Notes: generated by a model from the sequence alone, not told the origin. DNA of 40,325 nt from Paratractidigestivibacter sp. (GCA_963597295.1 CAVBPP010000057.1:1-40325), one strand, 5' to 3'; shown: positions 1-9,608, counted from the stretch's first letter. Numbers and translations: made by a program.

Positions 1-28
1 GTTGGTTCAAATCCAGCCCCCGCGACCA
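1..28 (+). tRNA. 3' part (T-arm, acceptor stem, CCA) of a tRNA, most like initiator tRNA-Met; truncated by window start (could alternatively be an att-site duplication)
   Basis: GTTGGTTCAAATCCAGCCCCCGCGACCA: T-loop GGTTCAAATCC, CCCCGC acceptor strand and encoded CCA closely resemble the 3' end of bacterial tRNA-fMet; anticodon not in window. Confidence 0.75.
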
Positions 29-36
29 AAAGTTTC

Positions 37-78
37 AGCAGGTCAGAAGGTTAAACCTTCTGACCTGCTTTGTTTTTT
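37..78 (+). terminator. Rho-independent terminator after tRNA
   Basis: Perfect 16-bp inverted repeat AGCAGGTCAGAAGGTT/AACCTTCTGACCTGCT followed by TTGTTTTTT. Confidence 0.85.
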
Positions 79-348
79 CAGGCGCTTCAAAAATGGCTTG
101 GAGCCGAATCGTTTCCAAAAGTTGATAATAGATAGCGACCAATGACAAGGAAAAGTCAGTCAATGAATCAAATCGCGAGCGTCTTTTAGGGCAAGTAAAA
201 TTTCTAGCTGAAACCCGCCTACCAGATCAATCGACGGGCAAGCCGTATCTTCATTTGCCAAATATGCAATTGGAAATTCTCGGGGCTGCTTCACATGATT
301 GCGTCATTCGCTGTGTTACAATGTCTTACAACTCAGAAGGAGGATTCC

Positions 349-573
349 ATGGCAAGCGCGACGATAACGATCAGGCTAGACGATAAGGAAAAGTGCCTTA
401 TCTCGGACTACGCCGCCGCCTTCGGGACCTCGGTCTCCGAATTCATGCGCAAGGTGGCGTTAGAGCACATAGAGGATGAGCTCGATCTGAAAGCTTGGGA
501 AGAGGCAAAAGCCGAATTCGAGGCGGACCCCACCACCATATCCGCCGCAGAAATGGCGAAAAGGTACCTCTGA
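349..573 (+). CDS. Type II antitoxin, RelB-like/DUF6290 (ribbon-helix-helix)
   Basis: AGAAGGAGG RBS before ATG 349; 74 aa TITIRLDDKEK...SVSEFMRKVALEHIEDELDL RHH pattern with acidic C-terminus; directly upstream of RelE-like toxin. Confidence 0.85.
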   Translation: MASATITIRLDDKEKCLISDYAAAFGTSVSEFMRKVALEHIEDELDLKAWEEAKAEFEADPTTISAAEMAKRYL

Positions 574-574
574 T

Positions 575-844
575 ATGTGGCGGTTGGAGTTTTCCAAAAG
601 GGCCGACAAGCAGCTATCGAAGATGGACCCGGGAATCCGCCGCGTCATCCTCGCCTGGCTGCTCAAGAACGTTGACGGATGCGAAGACCCCCGCGCGCAC
701 GGCAAGGGGCTAACCGCGAACAGGTCAGGCAAGTGGCGCTACCGCGTCGGAGACTACCGCATCCTATGCGAAATCAGGGATGAGGAGCTCGTCGTGCTCG
801 CCATCGAGATAGGCCACAGGCGCGAGGTCTACCAGAGCCGGTAG
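575..844 (+). CDS. relE: Type II toxin, RelE/ParE family mRNA interferase
   Basis: 89 aa with W.LEFSK.A.KQL.KMD, PR.HGK.L, WRYRVGDYRI and IGHRREVY motifs typical of RelE/StbE; coupled to antitoxin. Confidence 0.9.
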   Translation: MWRLEFSKRADKQLSKMDPGIRRVILAWLLKNVDGCEDPRAHGKGLTANRSGKWRYRVGDYRILCEIRDEELVVLAIEIGHRREVYQSR

Positions 845-1029
845 CGCCCCGCCGCCGATGGGCACCATACCGTATCCAAGATTTCGAAACGCAAAATACG
901 TGTCGGATATTTTCGATGCTAGTTGTTAAAGAGCCGAGCGGGAGCCAAAAAATTTGGCAAACGTTTCCGTAATGCGAGCGAGAACCCGATTAGGGCCAAA
1001 GTCATTCGAGCCGCATCCACTCTCAAGCG

Positions 1030-1173
1030 CTAAATCCCCAGCTGTGCAATCCCCTGCTCCGTTAAGCGGCAGACGAAGGGGCGGGCTGAAACCTTTTCTA
1101 GGAAGCCTTCATCTATGAGGTCGCGGAGGCATTTGCTTGCCGTGGCCTTCGAAACTTCCAGGTGCTGATATCG
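1030..1173 (-). pseudogene. Remnant encoding a winged helix-turn-helix C-terminal fragment (possibly from a Fic-type or other DNA-binding protein)
   Basis: Minus strand reads RYQHLEVSKATASKCLRDLIDEGFLEKVSARPFVCRLTEQGIAQLGI*; HTH-like VSxxTASxxLxxLxxxGFL; no in-frame start (upstream in-frame TAG at 1186-1188). Confidence 0.55.
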
Positions 1174-1414
1174 ATTATGCCCTTTCTAAATTTAGTTTTC
1201 CGCGAATTTTGAATTTAGAGCGTCTGATTTGCGTTGCTTTATTTAGATTTCTGCCATTTCTAAATTAAGAACACTGAATTTGCGACGCATTTCGCCTGTG
1301 GCCCTCGCCCTCATCGCTATTTGCCCAGCAGCAGCGCATCTACCTGCGACGCCCTTCCCTTCAGCGTCTGTCTTATTAGCCGACTGCCAGCGGCGGGCGG
1401 CAGCCAGCGGTGCG

Positions 1415-1744
1415 CTAGTCGCGCTTGTCCGTCAGGTACAGGGCCACGCGCACTTGCTCGCGAGGGTTGGCATGCTTGTCAACCTGCGTGATGCGACATT
1501 CAACCACATCGTTGTGTCCGAAGTGCAGCATCTGCGACAGCAGCGCGTTGCTATCGCGGGGCACGTACCCCAAAAGCACGCCCTTGCGCTTGATGGCCAC
1601 GGCGCACGGATCGTAGGGGTTGTCGGGCTCCGCCACCAGGTCGAGCCTCTTGCCCACCTTCAACTTATCCAGCACAAACGCACCTTCGTGATGCTGAAAA
1701 CCAGCGATGAGAAACGAATCTATTTTCCTTGACGGCTCGTACAT
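1415..1744 (-). CDS. Stand-alone HIRAN domain protein
   Basis: IAGFQHH, L..EPDNPYDPCAVAI, LGYVPR motifs of HIRAN; AGGAG RBS before ATG at 1744. Confidence 0.85.
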   Translation of the reverse strand: MYEPSRKIDSFLIAGFQHHEGAFVLDKLKVGKRLDLVAEPDNPYDPCAVAIKRKGVLLGYVPRDSNALLSQMLHFGHNDVVECRITQVDKHANPREQVRVALYLTDKRD

Positions 1745-2005
1745 GATGACTCCTAACCTCGTTGACTTGACGGTATTCAAGATACGCGCTTTCGACAGGC
1801 TTGGTGTCCCCTTGAGTGGACGGGTAATTAGTTTCGCGTTGTGCGCCGGCGCCTAGCAGCAATGCGGTAGGATAATCGAAACGCGAAATTCGCCGTGCGG
1901 CTGCCGGGCAGGGCCTTCGCCTCGCTGGCCCGCAAGACGTCGCGGCCCAGCGCTAACCCGCAATCGCACGCCCCCGCGTAACCCAATCGATCGAAAGGAT
2001 GCCCC

Positions 2006-2401
2006 ATGCCAAAGCCGGAACCCTCCATGGACCAATGGCTCAAGGAAGCCAAGAAAGACCCCGCCGCCGCGCAGTGCGGCATGTTCCTGGCGCATAACGG
2101 CGTTGTGCGCATCACCCCGAAAGCCCAGGTGCGCGAAGGTGTCGAAGGTCTTGGCGAAGTCGCGCAGGTCGACTTCAGCTACGATGCCGCCGGCCTTGAG
2201 GCCGCCATCGCCGACGCGAAAACCTGGCCGGGCGTCTACTACGTGCGCGTGTGGCTCAACGAGGGCGCACTGAACGTGGGCGACTCCATCATGTACGTGC
2301 TCATCGGCGCCGACATTCGCCCGCGCTGCATCGACGCGCTGCAGAAGCTCGTTGGCAAAATCAAGAACGACCTGGTGGTGGAAAAGGAAATCTACGCTTA
2401 G
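2006..2401 (+). CDS. moaE: Molybdopterin synthase catalytic subunit MoaE family
   Basis: GMFLAHNGVVR, G.L.VGD, terminal KEIY motifs; AAAGGA RBS. Confidence 0.8.
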   Translation: MPKPEPSMDQWLKEAKKDPAAAQCGMFLAHNGVVRITPKAQVREGVEGLGEVAQVDFSYDAAGLEAAIADAKTWPGVYYVRVWLNEGALNVGDSIMYVLIGADIRPRCIDALQKLVGKIKNDLVVEKEIYA

Positions 2402-2454
2402 CCAGCCTTTTCCGAGCGGCTGGCAGGCCAGCGACCGCGCTTGCGAGTAAAAGC

Positions 2455-2667
2455 GTGTCGCCCTTCGGGCTCCCTATTACGGCTTGAGCCAACGCTTCAA
2501 CCTCACGAAATCTTATAGCAAGCTGTTCGCCGCCTGCTGGCCAAATCCGGGTCGTCGCTCTCTCGGCCCACAGAATCCTGCGGCAAGCTGTTTATCGTCT
2601 GCAAATTTTCCGTGGGTGCGAAGCGTTAGCTCGCACAGTAGTCGATAGCTCGCGCAGCGGGCGTCAC
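2455..2667. repeat. Bipartite hairpin-ended inverted-repeat element, copy 1
   Basis: Left arm GTGTCGCCCTTCGGGCTC..TTGAGCCAACGCTTCAACCTCACGAAA; right arm CGTGGGTGCGAAGCGTTAGCTCGCAC..GCTCGCGCAGCGGGCGTCAC; homologous to copies at 6650, 14103, 18643, 26556, 32366, 34497. Confidence 0.85.
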
Positions 2668-2771
2668 TTCTTTCAATGCCGGCAATCGTTCGCTTGCGCA
2701 ATTGCGCAATTGTGCGTAGGGCGTTTGCGGTATCCTCTTAGCAACGCACGAAAGCACATCAGGAGGAAACC

Positions 2772-3779
2772 ATGGCGCAGCGATTCTGCCAAACTTGCGG
2801 GGCCGAGCTAGAGGCCGACGCGGGCTTTTGCGCACTTTGCGGGGCAAGCACCACGCCTAGCGGCACCGCAACCGTAAGCTTAGGCGAATCGACCACGCTG
2901 CCCAAAACGCCCGTCTACCGCACGAACGCGCCGCAACCGGCGGGCTACATCGAAAACCTTCCCGCCCCTTCGCTCGATCCCGCCTTCATTCCCCAGCAAC
3001 GCACTGCGGAGTTCCAGCAGGTCGAACCCGCGCCCAAGGCATCCAGCGGCGGAAAGGCGAAGGCCATCGTCGCCATCGTCATCGCGGCCGCCATCGTCGT
3101 CGGTGCCGGCGGAGGCATCGCCATCGCCGCAAACGTCAGCAATGCCAAGCAGTCGGCCGACACCGCGGAAACGTCCGGTTCGGGAAGCGCGGCGTCCAAC
3201 TCATCGGCACAGACCACGGTGAATTCCTCGGCCAGCGGCTCCGGTTCGACGGGTTCTTCCAGCGCCGGCGACTCGACGGCTTCTTCCTCCGGCAGCTCGA
3301 CCGCAAGTTCCTCCTCTTCAACAACCAACTCCGCCAGTAGCGCCAGCTCAGCCCAGCAATCGACCGTCGGCAAGGTTCACACCGAGCAGGTGCTTCGCGA
3401 TACCGCGCAGGATTTCGCCACCGTGTACTGGACCAACGTTGGCGCGGACGGCGCGGGCTATGTCGAGATGACCAACTGGCGCGAGCGCTGCCTGGCCTAC
3501 GTGGCGGCCGGCACCAGCCTATATTCCGAGATTTCCGGCGGCAGCCTCGACGCCGAGGACATCGCCGTGTCCGCAACGGCCAACAGCGTGGACGGCAATG
3601 TGGTCAACGTCACCGTAAATGTGGCCGCCAACAGGGAAAACCATGTTTCTGGCTGGGAAAAGCAAATCACGCATACCTACACGATGGACATTACGCTCAA
3701 CGACGAGGACATGGTCACCGGGTTCGTGTCGCACTACACCGACCCGGAGACCGGCTACACATCTTCGTTGGCCCATTAA
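2772..3779 (+). CDS. Zinc-ribbon domain membrane protein
   Basis: N-terminal CQTC...FCALCG, single TM (AIVAIVIAAAIVVGAGGGIAI), Ser-rich linker, C-terminal extracytoplasmic domain; AGGAGG RBS. Confidence 0.8.
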   Translation: MAQRFCQTCGAELEADAGFCALCGASTTPSGTATVSLGESTTLPKTPVYRTNAPQPAGYIENLPAPSLDPAFIPQQRTAEFQQVEPAPKASSGGKAKAIVAIVIAAAIVVGAGGGIAIAANVSNAKQSADTAETSGSGSAASNSSAQTTVNSSASGSGSTGSSSAGDSTASSSGSSTASSSSSTTNSASSASSAQQSTVGKVHTEQVLRDTAQDFATVYWTNVGADGAGYVEMTNWRERCLAYVAAGTSLYSEISGGSLDAEDIAVSATANSVDGNVVNVTVNVAANRENHVSGWEKQITHTYTMDITLNDEDMVTGFVSHYTDPETGYTSSLAH

Positions 3780-3951
3780 CGACTCGCCGACGAGCCGCAA
3801 GGCACGCCGTTCGGCGGCGCAGCCCTCCGCCCGCAGCCCATTGTTGGACCGCTCAGTTTATCGACGCGACTTGCCGCCTGCGGCACACCGCCCCACGACA
3901 TGCTGCAGGGCCGCATGCTGCGGGGCGTAGCCAAGCCCACATTCCGCAAGC

Positions 3952-3992
3952 AAAATGGCCCCGACCGGATTATCCGATCGGGGCCATTCTTC
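3952..3992. terminator. Probable bidirectional terminator between convergent genes
   Basis: AATGGCCCCGA..TCGGGGCCATT stem with A-rich left and T-rich right flank. Confidence 0.65.
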
Positions 3993-4203
3993 ATCAGGGT
4001 AATCGCTAGCTACCAACCGATTTCCGCAACGTCAGCCGTCTGGCTATCCGCAGGCATTTTCGACGTCGCTGGCAACCTCGCAAGCCGCCAGCTGGCTGCC
4101 GCCCTATCGACAGCTTCTCCGGCAGTCTCACCAACCCTCGGCTAGCCGCCACCTTGCCGACAACTTCGCCGTCGGGCGCCTTGCCGACAGCCTTCAGCCG
4201 CCG

Positions 4204-5388
4204 TTATTCGTAGTCGGCCTTCAGGGCCGCCAGGGCGGGCATGCTGTTCTCAATGGTTTCCTTGGCGATGCAGTAGCTCATACGCACCCAGCCGCCAACG
4301 CCGAAGCTGTCGGAGGGCACCAGCAGAAGCTCGTGTTCCTTCGCCTTGTTGCTGAATGCCTTCGCGTCGGGCTCGAGCGCGCGCACCCACAAATAGAACG
4401 CGCCGTCGGGCTGCACGTATTCGTAGCCCAGCTTGTCCAGGCCCTCGGTCAGGATGCGGCGGTTCTCGGCGTACGCGGCCACGTCGGAGGGCTCGTCAAC
4501 GCAATCAGCGGCCACGCGCTGGAACATCACCGGCGCGCAAATGTAGCCATGCGCACGGCCCGCGCCCGACACGGCGTTGAACACGCGGTCGGCCTCGGCG
4601 GCGTCCATGGTGTCGGACACGTACACATAGCCGACGCGCTCGCCGGGCAGGCTGAGCGACTTCGAGTACGAATAGCACACGAGCGTGCGCGGGTAGATGC
4701 AGGGCACGTAGGGCACTTCGCAGCCGTAGGTGATTTCGCGGTACGGCTCGTCGCTGATCAGGTAAATCGGATGGCCGAATTCCTCGCTCTTCTTGGTGAG
4801 CATGGCCGCGAGCGCCTCAAGGTTCTCGCGCGTGTACACGGCGCCGACCGGGTTGTTCGGCGAGTTGATGATGACGGCGGCGGTTTTCTCGGTCATCGCC
4901 GCACCCATGGCATCGACATCAAGCTGGAAGCTGGGCACCTGCGCGGGCACCTCGACGATCTTGCAGCCCATCGTTTCGATCCACACCTTGTATTCGGGGA
5001 AGTACGGCGTGGGCACGATGACTTCCTCGCCCGGCACAGTGATGGCGCCTAGGCAGATGGTGATGGAAGCCGCGGCGCCGACGGTCATGTACACGTGGCC
5101 GCCCTTGGCGGGGATGTCGAAGCGGCGGGCGATACTGGCCGCGATGGTGTCGCGCACCTCGCTGATGCCCGAGGACTGCGAGTACGCGTGCAGCTCGACC
5201 GGCGACATCTTCATCTGGCTGTTGATGGAGTCGGCGACGCGCTGCGGCGCGGGCACGCTCGGGTTGCCGATGCTGTAGTCGAACACCTTGTCGCCGCCGA
5301 TTTCGGCCTTGCGCTTGACGCCGTAGGCGAACAGCTCGCGGATTGCCGAAGGCGCGCTGCCCAGGTCATATGCTCTTTCGTTGATCAT
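4204..5388 (-). CDS. PLP-dependent aminotransferase class I/II
   Basis: IGNP, INSPNNPVG, SDEPY and SYSKSLSLPGERVG (PLP lysine) motifs. Confidence 0.92.
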   Translation of the reverse strand: MINERAYDLGSAPSAIRELFAYGVKRKAEIGGDKVFDYSIGNPSVPAPQRVADSINSQMKMSPVELHAYSQSSGISEVRDTIAASIARRFDIPAKGGHVYMTVGAAASITICLGAITVPGEEVIVPTPYFPEYKVWIETMGCKIVEVPAQVPSFQLDVDAMGAAMTEKTAAVIINSPNNPVGAVYTRENLEALAAMLTKKSEEFGHPIYLISDEPYREITYGCEVPYVPCIYPRTLVCYSYSKSLSLPGERVGYVYVSDTMDAAEADRVFNAVSGAGRAHGYICAPVMFQRVAADCVDEPSDVAAYAENRRILTEGLDKLGYEYVQPDGAFYLWVRALEPDAKAFSNKAKEHELLLVPSDSFGVGGWVRMSYCIAKETIENSMPALAALKADYE

Positions 5389-6083
5389 CGTCGCTCCTTG
5401 CGATTCGGCGCGCGCCGCGCCCGCGAACCTTCGCGAACCAGGGCGTGCGACCTCGTTTTTCCGGATAATGCAGCAACATTACCACTTTGCTGCATCGTTT
5501 TTTAAGTTACGCGGTTGACCGGACAAAGTTAACGGACAAAACCCCAGGACAGCAATACGCAAATGTTTTGCTTTGCTTTCAAAAAACGGCGTTTTGAGCG
5601 CAAATAGCGCCCAAATCGGGCCAAATCCACCGCGCAACTTGAAAAACGATGCAAGATTTCGCGAATTTCTATCCGGAAGGGGCTGCGTGCAACGGCATGA
5701 TGTTAAGGGCGAGCGACGCAGGCGAATAAAACGGCAAAAGCGTGATGCGAGCAGCCCATCGCAGGGCGATCAACACGCAAAAGCGCCAAAACGCCGAACA
5801 CCGCAAGGCAACGCCGCACAACACGAAAAAACAGCGCAGCAAGGCAGCGCGGCCATCCTCACGCTAACCACCAGCCGCGCGCCTCGGACGCAAGGCCGCC
5901 GCCGCGTACAGTCGAATAGCGGGGAGAAGGCACCCAACTTTCAGCTTTGCCGCGAAGTACGCGCAGGCTAGCACGCGTTGCGGTACAATGTCGCTGAAAG
6001 CGAGTGACGCCGACGTGCGCGCTCGACCCAACCCGCAACAACCGCGCGGCGGCGATGTCCGCGCATAACGAAAGGGGTTTCCC

Positions 6084-6527
6084 ATGGCATTCGGTTACAA
6101 GCGCATCTTCGCGGCTCTTGACGGTTCGTCCACGCAGCGTGCCGTCATGGAACGCGCCATTTCCCTGGCGGCCGCCGACGGCGCCGAGCTCATCCTTGGC
6201 CACGTCATCGACTCGGTGCCCTACGAGGCTTCCGGCGTCGACTTCGAACTGCTTTGCAACGAAGGCAAGACCCGCATCGAGTCCGACCTGGCCGACCTGT
6301 TCGAGTCCGCCCGCAACAACCCCGATATCCCCTCGGTCACGCTGAATGTGCGCGCCGGCCGCATCACCGACACGCTGTCCCAGCAGCTGATCGAGCCTTC
6401 CGACCCCGACCTGGTCATCTGCGGCGAGCGCGGCCTGTCCAACATCAAGTACGTGTTCGTGGGCAGCGTCTCCACCTACCTGATCCGCAACATCCGCTGC
6501 GACGTACTGGTGGTCAAGCAGGACTAA
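6084..6527 (+). CDS. Universal stress protein (UspA family)
   Basis: YKRIFAALDGS, DLVICGERG, GSVSTYL...CDVLVV motifs; 147 aa. Confidence 0.92.
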   Translation: MAFGYKRIFAALDGSSTQRAVMERAISLAAADGAELILGHVIDSVPYEASGVDFELLCNEGKTRIESDLADLFESARNNPDIPSVTLNVRAGRITDTLSQQLIEPSDPDLVICGERGLSNIKYVFVGSVSTYLIRNIRCDVLVVKQD

Positions 6528-6553
6528 ACGCAGCGTAGCCACCTAGGCATGCT

Positions 6554-6582
6554 AGCGACCCGCCATATGGCGGGTCGCTTTT
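6554..6582 (+). terminator. Terminator after usp
   Basis: Palindrome AGCGACCCGCCATATGGCGGGTCGCT followed by TTT. Confidence 0.75.
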
Positions 6583-6649
6583 GGGTTATAGGTCAAAAAG
6601 TGTGTCTGATTTCTGGCATTGACGCAGGTCAATGCCCGTTTTTTATGCA

Positions 6650-6888
6650 GTGTCGCGCTTCGCGCTCCCTAATGCGGGTTGAGCTTTCGCTTCAGCCCCA
6701 CGAAAACTTGCAACGGGCTTTACCGCCCCCCGCCAAATAACCCCATTGAATGGCTCGTCGCTTCCGCAACGCAGCTTCGCTGCACGACCTAACGCCTCAT
6801 CAATGTTTTCGTGGTTGTTCATCAACGTTTTCGTAGGTGAGAAGCGTTAGCTCGCACAGTATTAGGCAGCTCGCGAAGCGAGCATCAC
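6650..6888. repeat. Bipartite hairpin-ended inverted-repeat element, copy 2
   Basis: GTGTCGCGCTTCGCGCTC..GGGTTGAGCTTTCGCTTCAGCCCCACGAAA ... TTTCGTAGGTGAGAAGCGTTAGCTCGCAC..GCTCGCGAAGCGAGCATCAC. Confidence 0.85.
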
Positions 6889-6912
6889 TCTTTTTCGGCA
6901 AGCCCAAACAAT

Positions 6913-6951
6913 AAAGAAGCGCCCCGCTGTCTGCACGGCGGGGCGCTTCTT
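6913..6951 (-). terminator. Terminator downstream of ydhV-like gene
   Basis: AAGAAGCGCCCCGCTGT/ACGGCGGGGCGCTTCTT stem. Confidence 0.7.
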
Positions 6952-7068
6952 CGTTTATCGTCGGTCGCTCAGGCGGCGTTCAGGGTACCGCCCGAGCAAC
7001 ACTTTTCGACTTCTGCAGCTGCAAGATCAAGCTTTACAGCCGCGAACTTTGCGGCAGAGACCAAACTG

Positions 7069-9207
7069 CTACGGCAGCAGGTTCAGACTTTGCAGCTCGG
7101 CCTTCACGTCGGGCATGTCGTAGTAGTCCAGGCAGTCCGCCGTCGGGCAGCCCTTCTCGGAATCCCAGCCGAATTTCTGGTACAGCATGGTCAGGCCCTT
7201 CTGGAAGTCTTCCTTCTCCATCTTGTCGGTGCCCTTGGTAAACGGCTGCTTATCGGAATCCTTCGTAAACGGCCACTCGGTCATCACGTCATGGATGGTG
7301 CGGCAGTCGTTGCAGCCGACCTTGCCATTGGCATCGGTCATGCCGCGCACGGTGTTGGCGCGCTGCAGGGTCATGATCTTGGCGGCCTTCTTATACAGCT
7401 CGTCGGTGGTCACGTCCTGGCCGGTCACAGCCTTGAAGAACTTCGCCTCAAGGTCAAGGTCGCCGCGGTAATTGCGCGTCTTCGACGGGCTCTGAGCCAT
7501 CGGCCACACCCAGTTGCACAGCGTCAGCGAATCGTGCAGCACGTCGGTGACGATGGACCACCAGCAGAAGTTGGCCTTGTGCTCGTTCATCGGCGTGTAG
7601 TTCTTCGCCTCGTCGAGCGCATCCTCGCCGCCCCACAGCTCGGCTGCAATCTGCTGCTTCAGCTCGTGAGGCAGGCCGCACTGCAGCATATTCTGATGCG
7701 AGTGGATCATCGGGTCGCGGTTGAACACCATATTCAGCAAGCCGCCGACCTGGCCGTACGACTCAATGGCGTGGTGAACCGGCCAGCCGCGATAGTTGAT
7801 CAGGCAGGAAGCGGTCGTGTCGAACCACTCCATGTCGTCCCAGCGCGGGCACCAGACGATGGGGCCGTGCGCGATGTAGGACATCTCGTTGTCGTTCTTC
7901 GCGATGTGCTTCAGAAGCTCGACCATGATGGTGGGGTCGCCGTTTTCGAACTTGCTCCAGTCGAACAGGTTGTACTCGGCCTCGGGAAGCACGCGCTTAA
8001 AGGTTTCCTTGCTCACGCAACGCGCGATGTCGCGGTACAGCTGCGCGTAGTTGCACCACATGCCCAAGTCGTCCATCGTGGAACCGACGACCTGGTCCCA
8101 GATCAGGCCTTCCTCGGTAGAGGACTTGATGGAGGTGTGCTGACCCAGAATCTTGGTCATGTACACGGTGAACGGGAAGTTCGGCACACAGGTGTTGCCG
8201 GTGATCTCGTAGCCGCCCTTCTTGCGGGCATCGGGCACGCGCATATCCGAATAGCAGTGAATCGGGCAGCTGTGGCAGCCGTTCATCTTGATGGTGTACT
8301 TCTCGGCGTCGGGGCCTTCGTCCTTGGTCGTCTTCATGCAGCGGTAGCCCACGGTGTTGATCTCGCCGGGCTTCGGCTCGCCGGTCTCGATGGGCTCGCC
8401 CTCGGCGTCGGCCCAGTACAGGCCCTTGCGCGCCGTCCAACGGGTGCCCTTGTCGTAGTATTCGGCCCATTCCTGCTGCGTGGAAGGCACGACGTGGTTG
8501 TTGTTCGAGCCCACAACCTCGCGCAGCATGTAGTCGGACAGATCGGCCAGCGCCTGCGGATCCTTCACGTTCACAGATCCGTTGCCCTCAATGACCAGCG
8601 CCTTAAGCTTCTTCGAGCCCATGACCGCACCCAGGCCCGCGCCGGCGGAGTGGTTGCGGGAGTTCATCATCACGGCGTAGGGCAGCAGGTTCTCGCCAGC
8701 AGGGCCGATGGTGGCCACGCAGGCGCGCACGCTCTCGGCGCGGTTGAGCGCCTCGGTGGTGGCGCGGGTGCCCAGGCCCCACACGAACGACGCGTCCTTG
8801 ATCTGCACGTCGTCGTCGACGATGTTCAGGTAAACGGGTTTGTCGGACTTGCCTTCGACGATGATGGCGTCGTAGCCGGCGAGCTTGATGCGCGCGCCGA
8901 TCATACCGCCGCAGTGGGCGTCGACGACCAGATGGTCTTTGCTGAAGGTGGAAAGGAAGCTCACCGTGGTGCGACCTGCCAGGGGCACGCCCGAAGCGGT
9001 CAGCGGGCCTACCGCGTACACGATCTTGGCGGCCTCGGACATGGGGTCAGTGCCTGCGGGAACCTCGTCGTACATGATTTTGTTCGCCAGGCCCATGCCG
9101 CCGATATATTCTTGATAAGGCTTGGTCGACTCGGTGGTGATGGCGCGCGTCGTCAGGTTCACGCGCAGCATCTTGCCGGTCCAGCCGTATGACTTCTCGT
9201 CAGCCAT
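7069..9207 (-). CDS. ydhV: Aldehyde:ferredoxin oxidoreductase family protein, YdhV-like (bis-pterin Mo/W)
   Basis: GWTGKMLRVNLT, GGMG, GPAGENL, MGSKKLKA, CHSCPIHC; NNNHVVPST and RWTARKGLYW stretches match E. coli YdhV as recalled; GGAG RBS before ATG 9207. Confidence 0.9.
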   Translation of the reverse strand: MADEKSYGWTGKMLRVNLTTRAITTESTKPYQEYIGGMGLANKIMYDEVPAGTDPMSEAAKIVYAVGPLTASGVPLAGRTTVSFLSTFSKDHLVVDAHCGGMIGARIKLAGYDAIIVEGKSDKPVYLNIVDDDVQIKDASFVWGLGTRATTEALNRAESVRACVATIGPAGENLLPYAVMMNSRNHSAGAGLGAVMGSKKLKALVIEGNGSVNVKDPQALADLSDYMLREVVGSNNNHVVPSTQQEWAEYYDKGTRWTARKGLYWADAEGEPIETGEPKPGEINTVGYRCMKTTKDEGPDAEKYTIKMNGCHSCPIHCYSDMRVPDARKKGGYEITGNTCVPNFPFTVYMTKILGQHTSIKSSTEEGLIWDQVVGSTMDDLGMWCNYAQLYRDIARCVSKETFKRVLPEAEYNLFDWSKFENGDPTIMVELLKHIAKNDNEMSYIAHGPIVWCPRWDDMEWFDTTASCLINYRGWPVHHAIESYGQVGGLLNMVFNRDPMIHSHQNMLQCGLPHELKQQIAAELWGGEDALDEAKNYTPMNEHKANFCWWSIVTDVLHDSLTLCNWVWPMAQSPSKTRNYRGDLDLEAKFFKAVTGQDVTTDELYKKAAKIMTLQRANTVRGMTDANGKVGCNDCRTIHDVMTEWPFTKDSDKQPFTKGTDKMEKEDFQKGLTMLYQKFGWDSEKGCPTADCLDYYDMPDVKAELQSLNLLP

Positions 9208-9321
9208 GTTGCATCTCCAAATCTCTTCTCGATACATGCGTTGCGTGACATGCCCCGGGCGATTTGGGTGCAGACGACTATTCGTCAGGCGGCAGTATGC
9301 TATTTAAGGTGAATACCCCCT

Positions 9322-9338
9322 TACCCTCTTTCAGGGTA
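9322..9338 (+). promoter_or_regulatory. Putative operator box 1 (TACCCTCTTTCAGGGTA)
   Basis: Imperfect palindrome TACCCT-N5-AGGGTA; 15/17 identical to reverse complement of 9426-9442 and 14/17 to that of 16257-16273. Confidence 0.6.
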
Positions 9339-9425
9339 ATTCTCTAAAGCCCCAGGTAAACGGCTTGTTTTACAATCCCTCCCCTATTCCCCGTCCGCTA
9401 GACCCAAAAAAGTTAGCCATGGAAT

Positions 9426-9442
9426 CACCCCGAAAGAGGGTA
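9426..9442 (-). promoter_or_regulatory. Putative operator box 2 (TACCCTCTTTCGGGGTG on minus strand)
   Basis: Same motif in the ydhV/ydhY divergent intergenic region. Confidence 0.6.
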
Positions 9443-9608
9443 CCTTCCCCACCCCGCCGCCAACCATAATTCCCGACGTTGCGTGACCCCAAGGGGCGAA
9501 AGTGCGCGCCGGAAATCAAGGAGGTGCGAAGCCAGACGAGAGCTTCGCTTCGGGAGGAACCGGCGCATAAAGAAGACTCATCGATACATTCGAGGGGGAG
9601 AAACGAAA

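Noticed and set aside
1280..1732. 150-aa plus-strand ORF
   Set aside because: Antisense to the well-supported HIRAN gene
4010..4200. Degenerate CCTTGCCGACA-type repeats downstream of the aminotransferase
   Set aside because: Only two short matches; not distinguishable from GC-rich background
5690..5900. A/C-rich degenerate short repeats (CGCAA/AACGC-like) and ORF 5573-5971
   Set aside because: Low-complexity intergenic sequence without a definable unit; ORF has no RBS or protein-like features
7090..9192. 700-aa ORF antisense to ydhV
   Set aside because: Shadow frame from GC-rich codon bias; no recognisable motifs, and the opposite strand encodes a clear enzyme
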